DNA from: the human T2T-CHM13v2.0 reference genome, Homo sapiens
Assembly: GCF_009914755.1 (NCBI RefSeq)
Contig: NC_060947.1
Direction: 5' to 3' (one strand)
Length of the DNA: 64,000 nt
In this document: in pieces, positions 42,835-56,400 of the stretch
How the letters are laid out: each line of letters starts with the position of its first letter
How positions within the stretch are numbered: position 1 is the first letter of the stretch
The notes under the pieces: model-generated
What the model saw: only the letters and a program-made list of their open reading frames with translations
Database searches by the model: none
What the model was told of the DNA's origin: nothing
Made by a program: the position numbers and the translations under genes

Positions 42835-44865
42835 TAAACTCCACAACACATAAAAAGATCATCACTATAATCAAGTAAGATTTATTCCAGGAATGCAAGT
42901 ATGTCCAACATGTGTGAATCAATAAATGATACATCATATTAAAATAATAAAGGACAAAAATTATATGATCATGTCAATAGATGCAGAAAAAGCATTTGAC
43001 AACATTCATCCTTCTTCATGATAAAAAATTACTCAACATATTATGTGTAGAAGAAATGTACATGAACATAATGTGAAGGCCATATACTACAAATTGACAG
43101 TTAATTTCATATTGAATGGGGAAAAGTTGAAATCCTTTCCTCTAAGAACTGGAACAAGGCAAGGATTTCCACTTTCAATACTTCTATTTAATATAATAAT
43201 AGAAGTCCTAAGCAGAGTAATTAGGCAAGCATAAAAAGGCATTCAAATTGCAAAGAAGAATTAAATTATCATTGTTTGCTTATGATATGCCCTTACGCAT
43301 ACAAAATCCTAAACACTTCACTGAAAAGCTGTTAGACCAACAAATAAATTCAGTAAATTTGCAGATTATAAAATCAACATACAAAAATTAGTAGAATTTC
43401 TATATGCTGATAGCAAATTATCTGAAAAGAAATCAATAAATTCTTCCAATTTACAAATACAATAAAGCAAAATGCCTAGGAATAAATTTAACCAAGTAGG
43501 TTAAATATTGATGCAGTTAAAACTCTACAACACTAATGAAAAAATTGAAAAATGTACAAATAAATGTCTACCTTATGTTCATGCATTGGAAGAACTAATA
43601 TTGTTAAAATGTTCACACTACCTAAAAAGATTTACAGATTTAATGAATCCCTATCTAAACACCAATGCCATTCTTCATAGAAATAGAAAACAATCTTCTG
43701 AAATTAATATGAAACCACAAAAGTCCTTAAATAGCCAAATCAATTTTAATAACAACCAAAAAAGTTAATGGCCTTATACTACAGCCTGACTTCATAGTAT
43801 ACTGCAAAAATACAGCAAAGCAAAGAGCATTGCATTGACATAAAATAAGGCATATGGACAAGTGGAAAAGAATAGAAAGACCAGAAATAAATTCACACAG
43901 TTTACACCAACTGATGTTTGACAAAGGTGCCAAGAACATGTTATGGGGAAAGGACAGTCTCTTCAACAAATGGTGTTGAGAAAACTAGATATCTACATAG
44001 AGAAGAATAAAATTAAACCATTATATTTCAGAATCTACAAAAATTAACTCAGAATGTATTAAAGACTTAAATGTAAGATCTAAAACTATGAAACTTCCAG
44101 AAGAAAACATAGGGGAAATGTTTTATGACTTTTGTATGGGCAAATTTTTTTTGATAAAACCTCAAAAGCACTGGTAACAAATGCAAAAATAGACAAATGG
44201 AACCATATCAAAATAAAATCTTCACTGTAACAAAAGAACCAATCAGGAGAGTGAAGAGACAACCTACCAAATAAGAAAAAATGTTTGCAAACAATTTATC
44301 CAGCAATATACTAATATCCAGAATATACAAGGAACTCAAATAACTCAATAGGAAAAAACAAACAAGTAAATAACCTGATGTAAAAATGAAAAAAAAATCT
44401 GAATAAAAATTTCTCAATAAAAGACATACAAATGAAGAACAGGTATGTCAAAAAAATGTTCAACATCACTGATCATCTGAGAAATTCAAATAAAAACCTC
44501 AGTTAAATATCACCTCATCCCAGTTATAGTGATCATTATCAAATAGACAATATAAACCTACTAATGAGAATGTGGAGCAAAGAGGACTCATACAGTATGA
44601 ACATCTCTCAAATAATTAAAAATAAAACTACCATATTGTCCAGCAATCCCACTACTAGGTATATATTGAAAGGAATTAAAATCAGTGGGTCAAGTAAATA
44701 GCTGCCATCTCATGTTTATCCCAGCACTATCACAATAGTCAAAATATAAAATCATTCATTAATCGAATATATTTTGTCATTCTACAATTTACATTTACTT
44801 AAAAACTATGTTGTACACGGTAAAAGCATACAACATTATCTGTAAATTTGTAAAATAAAAGTAAG
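42835..44865 (+). mobile_element. Old L1MA-type element, ORF2 RT region to 3' end
   Basis: [24 protein letters not shown] peptide, degenerate ORF2 and an L1MA-like tail. Confidence 0.8.
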
Positions 44866-45937
44866 TACACTAAGTAATATTACCAATGTTACTAAAAATT
44901 CTCTTTGGTTTTACAAATTTTAATTTACATTATCATGACACATGAGTTAAGCCAGTTTGAGTTTGTTGTAACGACAGAAAAAAGTGATAAATATGATTTG
45001 CCTTATTTCTTTAAAAGGCTGGAAACACATGTATTACTCAGGGTTCTCTAGAGGGACAGAACTAATTATATATATATATATATATGTACACACACACACA
45101 GTTTTATATATATATAGTTTTATATATATATATATACACATATATATATATATATATAGTTTATTAAGCCTTAACTCACATGATCACAAGGTCCCACAAT
45201 AGGCCATCTGGAAGCTAAGAAGCAAGGAGAGCCAGTCGGAGTCCCAAAACTGAAGAACTTGGAGTCCGATGTTTGAGGGCAGGAAGCATCCAGCATGGGA
45301 AAAAAATGTAGGCTGTGAGGTTAGGCTAGTCTAGTCTTTTCACATGTTTCTGCCTGTTTTAACTTCTAGCCACACTGGCAGCTGATTAGATGGTACCCAC
45401 GAAGATTATGGGTGGGTCTGCCTTTCCCAGCCCACTGATTCAAATTTTAATCTCCTTTGGCAATACCCTCACAGATACACCCAGGGTCAATATTTTGTAT
45501 CCTTCAATCAAATAAAGTTGAAACTCAGTATAATCATCACAAATCCACCCCTTGTCAACTTGAACCCATACACATCTCCTGAGACCCTCAAATAAAGACA
45601 ATAATGTCATAATTATGCCTAACATAATACAACTATCCTTTGTACAACTGGAAACTCACCAATCCCCAACACAACTACTATCACATAAAGTTAATAAAAC
45701 TTAAATGCTTATATGAAGTCAATAAATCTTATGTCACATGATAAAGAAAAAGGAAGTAAAATGATTTTTTTAGTACAAGTGTATACATGCACAAACATGT
45801 TTTTAACAAAAGAAGGAGAAAATACTCATGACAATTACAGTCTCGTTTCTGCAGCTGGGTTACGTTGTCGTAGCTGGTATTGATGACTACCTTCTTCTAC
45901 TACCCATTCTGTATTCCCTTTTCCTTCAGCAAGCATC

Positions 45938-46669
45938 TCAGCAGGTCATGTTTTTTTCCCCTGGTGGAGTGACCCAAGCCTTTATTCCTGAAGGATATGG
46001 GCCATTTGTAGTTCTGTTGGATTGGGCTTGTTGTAGTTTCCCATTGACCTTAGTCACACGGAATGGTAACACTAAAAGACACCCTAATGAATCTCCTGCA
46101 TTCCATGCGTACTCTTTTTTACCTCTGTTGTGGAATAGTAGACTGGTTTCATCTTGATAATCTCGGTCAATCACCCCAGTCAACACTTTAACTCCCTTCT
46201 TGGCCTGTTGACTTAAAGGCAGGAGGAGCCCAAAGTGTCCATGTGGCAATCTTGGCTTCCAGTTTAATGGAATCATTGTGTCTCCTGGTGGCAGCCTTCC
46301 TCCCTCTGGAACTAAGACCTCTAGGCCAGCAGAAAGTAATGTCACAGGAATAGGAAGCAAAAATTTTGCTAGTAGATCACTAGGAATGATGGTGAGTGGT
46401 GCCACTTCCACTTCCATCCCTTGATTCTTGGACCCGTGAATCCTGGCTATGGGAGAAACAGTACCATATATTGGACGCTTATTCAGAGCATACATAGCCT
46501 TCTGGAGAACTTTGCCCCAGCCCTGGAAAGTATTGTCATCTAGTTGGCATTGTAATTGTGACTTCAAAAGGCCATTCCACCATTCCACCAATCCATTCTC
46601 ATGATGGGGAACATGGTAAGGCCAGTGAATTTCATGAGGAGGAGCCCACTGCTGCACTTCTTTAGCCAT
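45938..46669 (-). pseudogene. HERV-L integrase C-terminal half plus dUTPase remnant (243-aa open stretch)
   Basis: HVPHH..GLVEWWNGLLKSQL (IN core), then GLEVLVPEGG.LPPGDT.IPLNWK.RLP.GHFGLLLP...VLTGVIDRDYQDE (dUTPase-like motifs). No proper start. Confidence 0.85.
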
Positions 46670-48796
46670 AAAGTGAGTGTCTTGGTCAGAGGCAATGCTG
46701 TGTGGAGTACCAGGACGATGGATAAGGCATTCCGTGAGTCCACAGATGGTAGTCTTGGCAGAAGCATTTCATGCAGGATAGGCAAACCCATAACTGGAGT
46801 AAGTGTCTATTCCAGTGAGGACAAACCTCTGCCCTTTCCACAATGGAAGAGTCCAATATAATCAACCTGCCACCAGGTAGCTGGCTAATCACTCTGAGAG
46901 GTGCTGCCATATAGAAGTTTCAGTGTTGGTCTCTGCTGCTGGCAAATTGGGTACTCAGTGGTGGCTGTAGCCAGGTCAGCCTTGGTGAGTGGAAGTGCAT
47001 GTTGCTGAGCCCATGTGTAACCTCCATCCCTGCCACCATGGCCACTTTTTCCATGGGCCCATTGGGCTATGGCAGGGGTGGCTGGGGAAAGAGACTGAGT
47101 CGTGTCCACAGAACGGGTCATCCTATCCACTTTATTACTAAAATCCTCCGCTGCTGAGGTCACCCGTTAGTGAGTAGCCACATGGGATACAAATATCTTC
47201 AACGTTTTTGACCATTCAGAGTGGTCCATTTACATGCCTCTTCCTCAAATTTCTTTGTCACCCATTTTCCAATCATTCTCCTTCCAAGTCCCTGACCATC
47301 CAGCCAAACCACTGGCTACGGCCCATGAATCAGTCTATAATCGCACATCTGGCCATCGCTCCTTCCATGCAAAGTGCACAACCAGGTGCACTACTCGAAG
47401 TTCTGCCCACTGGGAAGATTTCCCTTCACCACTGTCCTTCAGGGATGTCCTAGAAAGGGGCTGTAGTGCTGCAGTTGTCCACTTTAGGGTAGTGCCTGCA
47501 TATCATGCAGAACAATGTGTGAAACAGGCCCTAGTCTTTTGTCTTCCTCTGTCAACTGATCATAGGGATCTCCCCATGAGGCCATCGGTGCAGGCTGGGG
47601 GAGAGAAGGCAGGGTTACAGGAGTGCAGACCATGGGTATTTGAGCCACTTCCTCATGTAACTTACTTGTGCCTTCAGGACCTGCTCGAACCCGATCACGT
47701 GTATACCACTTTCATTTGATGATGGAATGCTGCTGTGCATGGCGCACTTTATATGTAGATGGGCCAGAAAGCACCCAGTTCATGACAGACAGTTCAGGTC
47801 CCATGGTGACTTGACGACCCATAGTCAAACATTCAGTTTCCACCAAAGCCCAGTAACAGGCCAAGAGCTGTCTCTCAAAAGGAGAGTAGTTATCTGAAGA
47901 AGTTGACAGGGCCTTGCTTTAAAATCCCAGAGGCCTCCGCTGTGATTCACTTATTGGAGCCTGCCAAAGGATCCAAATAGCATCCCTGTCCGCCACTGAC
48001 ACCTCAAGCACCATTTGATCTGCTGGGTCATATGGCCCAAGTGGCAGACCAGCTTGCACAGCAGCCTGGACCTGTTGCAGAGCCTTCTCCTGTTCTGGAC
48101 CCCACTCAAAACTGCAGCCTGTTGGGTCACTCAGTAAATGGGCCAGAGTAACACACCCAAATGAGGAATATGTTGCCTTCAAAATCCAAATAGATCCACT
48201 AGGCACTATGACTTTTTCTTGGTTGTAGGAGGGACAAAATGCAGTAATTTATTCTTCACCTTAGAAGGAATATCTTGACAGGCCCCACACCACTGGACCC
48301 CTAGAAATTTCACTGAGGTACAATGTCCCTTAATTTTAGTCGGATTTATTTCCCATCCTCTGGCACGCAAATATCTCACCAATAAGTCCAGTGTGTTTGC
48401 TACTTCTTGCTCACTGGATCCAATCAGCATAATGTCATAATGTAATGAACCAGTGTGATATCTTGTGGAAGCAAAAAGCAATCAAGTTGTCTCCAAATAA
48501 GATTATGACACAAAGCCAGATAGTTGATATACCCCTGAGGTAAGACAGTAAAGGTATACTGCTGGCCTTGCCAGTTGAAGGTAAATTGCTTCTAGTGGGC
48601 TTTGTGAACAGGAATGGAGAAAAAGGCATTTGCCAAGTCAATGGCTGCATACCAGGTACCAGGAGATGTGTTAATATGCTCAAGAAATGAAACCACCTGC
48701 TGCATCTGGTACAGCAGCTGCAATTGGAGTCACTACTTGGTTAAGCTTACGATAATCCACTGTCATTCTCCAAGATTCATCTGTCTTCTGCACAGG

Positions 48797-49461
48797 TGTT
48801 CTGTGCAGGAAACGCACAAGGGGAGAAAATCACACACACAGTACCTTTAAGAGTAAACAAGCTGTATCTCACGTAAATGGCAATGCAGATATAATACGCA
48901 AATAATATAATAAGCAAATGATATAATAAGCAAATTAATATAGGCAAATTGATATGATAAGCAAATTGCAATGGTCGGGGAGAAGGGAAAAGATACATAT
49001 ATATATACATTTACACTCACCAAACTATGGAGGATTCACCACCAGATTGGGAAGCAACAGCCTGGGCTCCAGGGTCAGACACCGCACTCACCAGACTATG
49101 GAGGATTCACCACCAGACTGAGAAGCAACAGCCTGGGCTCCAGAGTTGGACACTCCCATATGCACAGACGAGGTCTCATGAAGCTTCAGCATAGTCTAGG
49201 ACCCTAGCTCTTTTTGTGACAAGTTGTTTGGTATGAGGCCCAGTCACAAGGGCCCTTGATGACTGGGCTCAAGGAACACAAAAAGGTCAACTTTTTTTTT
49301 TATTATTGTCTACTGTTTTGCAATAACTAATATAGGTTTCTTTGAAACAGTGCCGAATGAACACCTCAAGGGGCTCACACCACCTGTTCCGGAAGTTGGT
49401 GACCATTGTTTGTGTCCATGTTCAATTGAGTTCAAATTTAATATTTAACTTTTCTTCCACA
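48797..49461 (-). mobile_element. Solo LTR18B-like (HERV-S/HERVL18) LTR inserted in HERV-L pol
   Basis: Minus-strand start TGTGGAAGAAAAGTTAAATATTAAATTTGAACTCAATTG and end GCACAGAACA. 5-bp TSD ACAGG/ATAGG (48792-48796, 49462-49466). The HERV-L RT peptide SPIWP|VQKT is split at this site. Confidence 0.85.
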
Positions 49462-51754
49462 ATAGGCCAAATCGGAGAGCTGAACGGGGATGTGGTGGGA
49501 ATCACATCCCCTGCATCTTTCAAGTCCTTGATGGTGGCACTAATTTCCACAATCCCTCCAGGGATGAAATATAGTTTTTGATTTACCATTTTGCTAGATA
49601 GAGGCAGCTCTAATGGCTTCCATTTGGCCTTTCCCACCATAACAACCCTCATCTTACCAGTCATGGAGCTAATGTGGGGGTTCTATCAGCTGCTAAGTAT
49701 GTCTATGCCAATTATGCATTCTGGCACTGGGGAAATGACCACAGATGAGCCTGGGGACTCACTGGACCCACTGTAAGTCGGACCTGAGCTAAAACCCCAT
49801 TAATTGACTGACCTCCATAAGCCCCTACTTTAACTGGAGGACCACAATGACATTATGGGTCCCCTGGAATCAACATCAGCTCAGAGCCAGTGTCCAGTAG
49901 TCCCTGAAATGTCTGATCCCTTTCCCCAATGCACAGTTACTCTGGTAAATCGGTAGTGTAGTGGAGCCTTTCCTCAAGGGGTCCTGGCCTTCCCTTCATT
50001 CAAGGGGTTCTGGGCGTGTAAACTGGTTCAAGTTGGGAAATTGATTGAGGGGCCGTGATTCTGTTTTTACAATTCAAATTAGTCTTTTGTCCATTCTACC
50101 TAGAAGTTTTCTGCTTACATAAATTAAGTAGGAATGCAGTAGGCTTCCTATCAGTTTCACTTCTAGGAACACCATGATTAATTAGCCAATCCCAGAGCTC
50201 TACATGAGTCAGACTATTCTGATTACTGTTTTTTCTCTAGTGTCCATTATGATAGCTATGCTTACCTTGCCTTTGATGGTTGAGTGCTGCCACTTTTCCC
50301 CTGCCACCTCAGGATCCAATTATTCCCATTGTATTTAAATTTTGTAGTTGAGTGACTGTAGTTCCCTCTGTTAGATCTGAAATATAGAGAGGAGCAATTA
50401 CAGGTCTCTTCAAAGATACAGGTGCTGTCCTCACAAATCTATTTTGCAAGGCATTGGTTGAGGGTATATTCTCCGGACCCTCCCAACTGGGATGAGTAGG
50501 TCAAAAGTAACTAATCCACCCTAGCATTCCAATCTCCCTAAGCCTTTTGATCCCTTCCTCTACATTTAACCAAGGGAGATCAGGCATTTCCAGCTCACTC
50601 ACAGTGGGCCATATTTTAATACATATTTCAACCAACCAAGCAAATAAACTGTTAGAACCTTTTCTAACTCCTCGAGCTGCAACATTAAATGCAGAGTCCC
50701 TACTTAGTGGGCCCATCAATAAATTCAGCCTGATCCAACTCTATGTTTCTTCCACCATTATCCCTCACCCTTAATATCCAACCCCATGACTGTTATCCAG
50801 ATTTCTGTCTTATTTAAACAGAAAAATAAAGCAGTTCTTTTCTAGTGTATTGCACTACCTCATGGGTCACACTCTCAAACTCACCTCTACAGGCCTGCTG
50901 GAACTTTAGTCTAGTTATAGGTCTAGAATCAAACAGTGGTGTTGGAGGTGGCTCCTGAGGAGAATCAGCATTATCTTGCCTGGCAACTGCCTTAGGGAGG
51001 CCATCACTGTTGCCTCAGGCAGCACAGGTTTCATCTTCGCAGACAACAGTGGAAAGGCTGATGGCAGCATTTGGGTCAAGGAGGGGATGTTCCCACTACT
51101 GGGGATGGGAAAGCTGTTCCTTCTGGCAAAAAAGGTTCATCAGAGTTTACAAATTTAGTGTCCACAGCTTCATCAGGGTTCTCCCACATGTTCCCATTCC
51201 AAGTTGCAGAGTCTCGTTCTTTTCTGATCAATGCCCTCACTTTAACAGTAGACACCTGGCAAGGCTGTGCATGCATTTTTCATTGCAGGTTAGCCATTTG
51301 CATGATAAGAGTTTGTGTCTATTTTCTACAATTTCAGCTCATTCTCTACAGGAGATAAGACTCTCACTTGGCAATCTTAGCAGATTTGAGGCTCAATATT
51401 TGCTTCTGAAGCTGGGAGTTAGAATCCCTGAGTTTATCATTTTCTTTCATCCCTTTGTCCACTGAACTTAGGAGCAATGAACCAGCTTCATTATATTCCT
51501 TGGTTCTTCACATATGGTCAAAGTTATTATGTACAGAATCACTGAACTCCTTGCCTCTCACAAGCAGTAAATCAAGAATGTTAAATGCATTTATTTTGCA
51601 TAAATCTCTAAAAAGTATGCCAAGGACTATCAGTGTTTTCCATACTATTAGAAGCACAGTCCTTAGCATTTTTGGGTCTAACAATATTAAGCAGCCAAAT
51701 CCAGAAACCCCAAAACCAATGAAAGAACTCCACCCTTAATATTCTGTTCCTGTA

Positions 51755-51772
51755 GAACCACTCCTGGTACCA
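51755..51772 (-). promoter_or_regulatory. HERV-L primer binding site (tRNA-Leu)
   Basis: TGGTACCAGGAGTGG just inside the 5' LTR is complementary to the tRNA-Leu(UAA) 3' end (CCACTCCTGGTACCA). Confidence 0.8.
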
Positions 51773-53460
51773 AAATTTGTATTAGTCAGGGTTCTCTAGA
51801 GGGACAGAACTAATAGGATATATATATATATATATATAAACTGGATCCTGATATATATATATATATATATATCTCCTATTAGTTATGGGTATATAATAGA
51901 ATATATCTATATAATAGAATATATATGGGAGTTTCTTAGGTGTTAAGTCACATGATCACAAGGTCCCACAATAGGCTATCTGCAAGCTGAGGAGCAAGGA
52001 GAGCCAGTCTGAGCCCCAAAACTAAAGAATTTGGAGTCCAATGTTTGAGGCCAGGAAGCATCCAGCATGGAAGAAAAGTGTAGGCTGTGAGGCTAAGCCA
52101 GTCTAGTCTTTTCACATGTTCCTGCCTGCTCTATCTTCTAGCTGTGCTGGCAGCTGATTAGATGGTTCCCACTGAGATTAAGGGTGCATCTGTTTTTCCA
52201 AGCCCACTGACTCAAATGTTAATCTCCTTTGGCAACACCCTCACAGACACACACAGGATCAATACTTTGCATCCTTCAATCCAATCAAGTTGACGCTCAG
52301 TATTAACCATCACAGCTCATTAGCATCTCAAGATATTTCCTAGAAAGTATCAATCCCTGTAGTGACTGGTAATCTAGATCCCTTTATATTAACATTATCA
52401 AGCTAAGGTAAGGGCTGAAAGTGTTTCTAATGTAGAGAAAGCATTTAAAAATTAATATCCTCTGTGGAATTATATTAAACATGCATTTTAAATTGGATAA
52501 AAATTGCAAAACAACATTGCAAGTTTTAACAGTTTTCATCATTCATATCTATGATAATTAATTTTAAGTGTTGACTTGGCTGCATTGATAAATACTTAGA
52601 AACCTGGTAAAGCATTATTTCACGGTATGTCTGTGAGGGTGTTTTCAGAGGAGATTAACCTATGAGTTGAGTAGACTAGGTAAGGAACGTCCACACTCAA
52701 TGTGAGAGGGCACCATCCAATCTGCTGGGGATCCTGAAATAACACAAGCTGAGAAGTGGTAAATATGTCTATCCATCTTCATCTTCTATCCTTGGGACAA
52801 CTACATGCTTTCTGGCCTTAGGACTCCAGGATTCACACCAGTGGCCTCATGGGTTCCCAGGCTATTAGCATCAGATTGAGAGTGACACCACCAGCTTTCA
52901 TGGTTCTGAGGCCTTCAGACTTGAACTAAGCCACACTACAGCATTTCAGGAACTCCAACTTGCAGATGGCCTGTCATGGAATTTCTCTGGCTCCATAATC
53001 ATATGAGCTAATTTCCCTAATAAAACCTCGCATGTATCTGTCTATCTAATATATCTATTTATTTATATCTATCTGTCTATATCCCATTGGCTCTGCCTTT
53101 CTGGAAAGCCCTAACACAGATTTAGGTACTAGAAGTGACTCTAGAGAAACAGAATTTTAAAGATTCATTTTCTTTAATTGGTTTTGGGTATCTGGAACTG
53201 GCTCTAATCTGATTAAATTTAAAAATACTAAGGCCTCATTTATAATAGTACAGAATGCAATGATAGCCCATGGTATAAACTGTTTATAGAGATACACAAA
53301 ATAAATCCATTTCGTACTACTAATTCACCATTTATAAGAGGCACAAAATTAGTGACTCTATACATGATACTTTTTAACATTTGCAGAAAAGAAAGAAATA
53401 TAATGATAGTTGGTTGCTCCTAGTATCACTGGACAAAGTGATAAAGAAAATCATGAGCTC

Positions 53461-56400
53461 CTACAAAAAGAACTACAAACCACTTCTTAAAAAAATCAGA
53501 GATGACACGAACAAATGGAAAAACATGCCATGCTCATGGTTAGGAAGAATCAATATTGTTAAAATGGCCGTATTGCCCAAAGCAATTCATAAATTCAATT
53601 TTTTTTTATTATACTTTAAGTTTTAGGGTACATGTGCACATTGTGCAGGTTAGTTACATATGTATACATGTGCCATGCTGGTGCGCTGCACCCACTAACT
53701 CGTCATCTAGCATTAGGTATATCTCCCAATGCTATCCCTCCCCCCTGCCCCCACCCCACAACAGTCCCCAGACTGTGATAGTCCCCTTCCTGTGTCCATG
53801 TGATCTCATTGTTCAATTCCCACCTATGAGTGAGAATATGCGGTGTTTGGTTTTTTGTTCTTGCGATAGTTTACTGAGAATGATGATTTCCAATTTCATC
53901 CATGTCCCGAAACTCTAAAAAGCAGAGCACCTCTCCTCCTCCAAAGGAACGCAGTTCCTCACCAGCAACGGAACAAAGCTGGATGGAGAATGACTCTGAC
54001 GAGCTGAGAGAAGAAGGCTTCAGACGATCAAATTACTCTGAGCTATGGGAGGACATTCAAACCAAAGGCAAAGAAGTTGAAAACTTTGAAAAAAATTTAG
54101 AAGACTGTATAACTAGAATAACCAATACACAGAAGTGCTTAAAGGAGCTGATGGAGCTGAAAACCAAGGCTCGAGAACTACGTGAAGAATGCAGAAGCCT
54201 CAGGAGCCAATGCGATCAACTGGAAGAAAGGGTATCAGTGATGGAAGATGAAATGAATGAAATGAAGTGAGAAGGGAAGTTTAGAGAAAAAAGAATAAAA
54301 AGAAATGAGCAAAGCCTCCAAGAAATATGGGACTATGTGAAAAGACCAAATCTACATCTGATTGGTGTACCTGAAAGTGATGGGGAGAATGGAACCAAGT
54401 TGGAAAACACTCTGCAGGATAGTATCCAGGAGAACTTCCCCAATCTAGCAAGGCAGGCCAACGTTCAGATTCAGGAAATACAGAGAACGCCACAAAGATA
54501 CTCCTCGAGAAGAGCAACTCCAAGACACATAATTGTCAGATTCACCAAAGTTGAAATGAAGGAAAAAATGTTAAGGGCAGCCAGAGAGAAAGGTCGGGTT
54601 ACCCTCAAAGGGAAGCCCATCAGACTAACAGAGGATCTCTTGGCAGAAACCCTACAAGCCAGAAGAGAGTGGGGGCCAATATTCAACATTCTTAAAGAAA
54701 AAAATTTTCAACCGAGAATTTCATATCCAGCCAAACTAAGCTTCATAAGCGAAAGAGAAATAAAATCCTTTACAGACAAGCAAATGCTGAGAGATTTTGT
54801 CACCACCAGGCCTGCCCTAAAAGAGCTCCTGAAGGAAGCACTAAATATGGAAAGGAACAACCGGTACCAGCCGCTGCAAAATCATGCCAAAATGTAAAGA
54901 CCATCGAGACTAGGAAGAAACTGCATCAACTAACGAGCAAAATAACCAGCTAACATCATAATGACAGGATCAAATTCACACATAACAATATTAACTTTAA
55001 ATGTAAATGGACTAAATGCTCCAATTAAAAGACACAGACTGGCAAATTGGATAAAGAGTCAAGACCCATCAGTGTGCTGTATTCAGGAAACCCATCTCAT
55101 GTGCAGAGACACACATAGGCTCAAAATAAAAGGATGGAGGAAGATCTACCAAGCAAATGGAAAACAAAAAAAGGCAAGGGTTGCAATCCTAGTCTCTGAT
55201 AAAACAGACTTTAATCCAACAAAGATCAAAAGAGACAAAGAAGGCCATTACATAATGGTAAAGGGATCAATTCAACAAGAAGAGCTAACTATCCTAAATA
55301 TATACACCCAATACAGGAGCACCCAGATTCATAAAGCAAGTCCTGAGTGACCTATAAAGAGACTTAGACTCCCACACATTAATAATGGGAGACTTTAACA
55401 CCCCACTGTCAACATTAGACAGATCAACGAGACAGAAAGTCAACAAGGATACCCAGGAATTGAACTCAGCTCTGCACCAAGCAGACCTAATAGACATCTA
55501 CAGAACTCTCCACCCCAAATCAACAGAATATACATTTTTTCAGCACCATACCACACCTATTCCAAAATTGACCACATACTTGGAAGTAAAGCTCTCCTCA
55601 GCAAATGTAAAAGAACAGAAATTATAACAAACTATCTCTCAGACCACAGTGCAATCAAACTAGAAGTCAGGATTAAGAATCTCACTCAAAACCACTCAAC
55701 TACATGGAATTCAATGTTATTCCCATTAAATTACCACTGACATTCTTCACAGAACTAGAGAAAACTATTTTAAAATTCATATGGAACCAAAAAAAAAAAA
55801 AAAAAAAGCCCAAATAGCCAAGGCAATCCTAGGAGCCACCAACCAACATCGTAGTATGCCTTTGTTTTCTGCAAAAAGAACAAAGCTGAAGGTGTCACAC
55901 TACCCAACTTCAAACTATGCTACAGGGCTACAATGAACAAAACAGCATAGTACTTGAACAAGAACAGACACATAGACCAATGGAACAGAACAGAGGACCC
56001 AGAAATAAGACTGCAGACCTACAACTATCTGATCTTTCACAAACCCAACAAAAACAAGCAATGGGGAATTTTTTTTCTATTTAATAAATGGTGCTGGAAT
56101 AACTGGCTAGCCATATAAAGAAAATTGAAACTGGACCCCTTCTTTACACCATGTACAATAATTAACTCAAGAAGGATTAAAGACTTAAATGTAAAACTCA
56201 GAACTATAAAAACCCTGGAAGACAACCTAGGCAATATCATTTAGGACACAGGCATGGGCAAAAATTTCATGATTAAAGATGCCAAAAGCAATTGCAACAG
56301 AAGCAAAAATTGACAAATTGGATCTAGTGAAACTAAAGAGCTTCTGCACAGCAAAAGAAACTACCATCAGAGTAAACAGACAACCTACAGAATGGGAAAA

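Larger units (their letters stand above)
45030..52314 (-). mobile_element. HERV-L provirus with MLT2A1 LTRs (3' LTR 45030-45541, 5' LTR 51778-52314): gag-pol-dUTPase, no env, decayed
   Basis: Paired LTRs TGTATTA.TCAGGGTTCTCTAGAGGGACAGAACTAAT...CATCACA with internal TA runs. Leu PBS. ERV-L peptides GPLSRDSAFNVAA, FEWGPEQEKALQQVQAAVQA, IN and dUTPase. Confidence 0.95.

Noticed and set aside
48887-49155. CRISPR-like repeat array
   Set aside because: Head-to-tail tandem repeats without unique spacers, inside an LTR in primate DNA; no cas genes.
45025-52319. Clean TSD for the MLT2A1 provirus
   Set aside because: The flanks ACACA and GCTCA match at only 3 of 5 positions, so they were not used as evidence. 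The second ERV-L also lacks a recognisable TSD.
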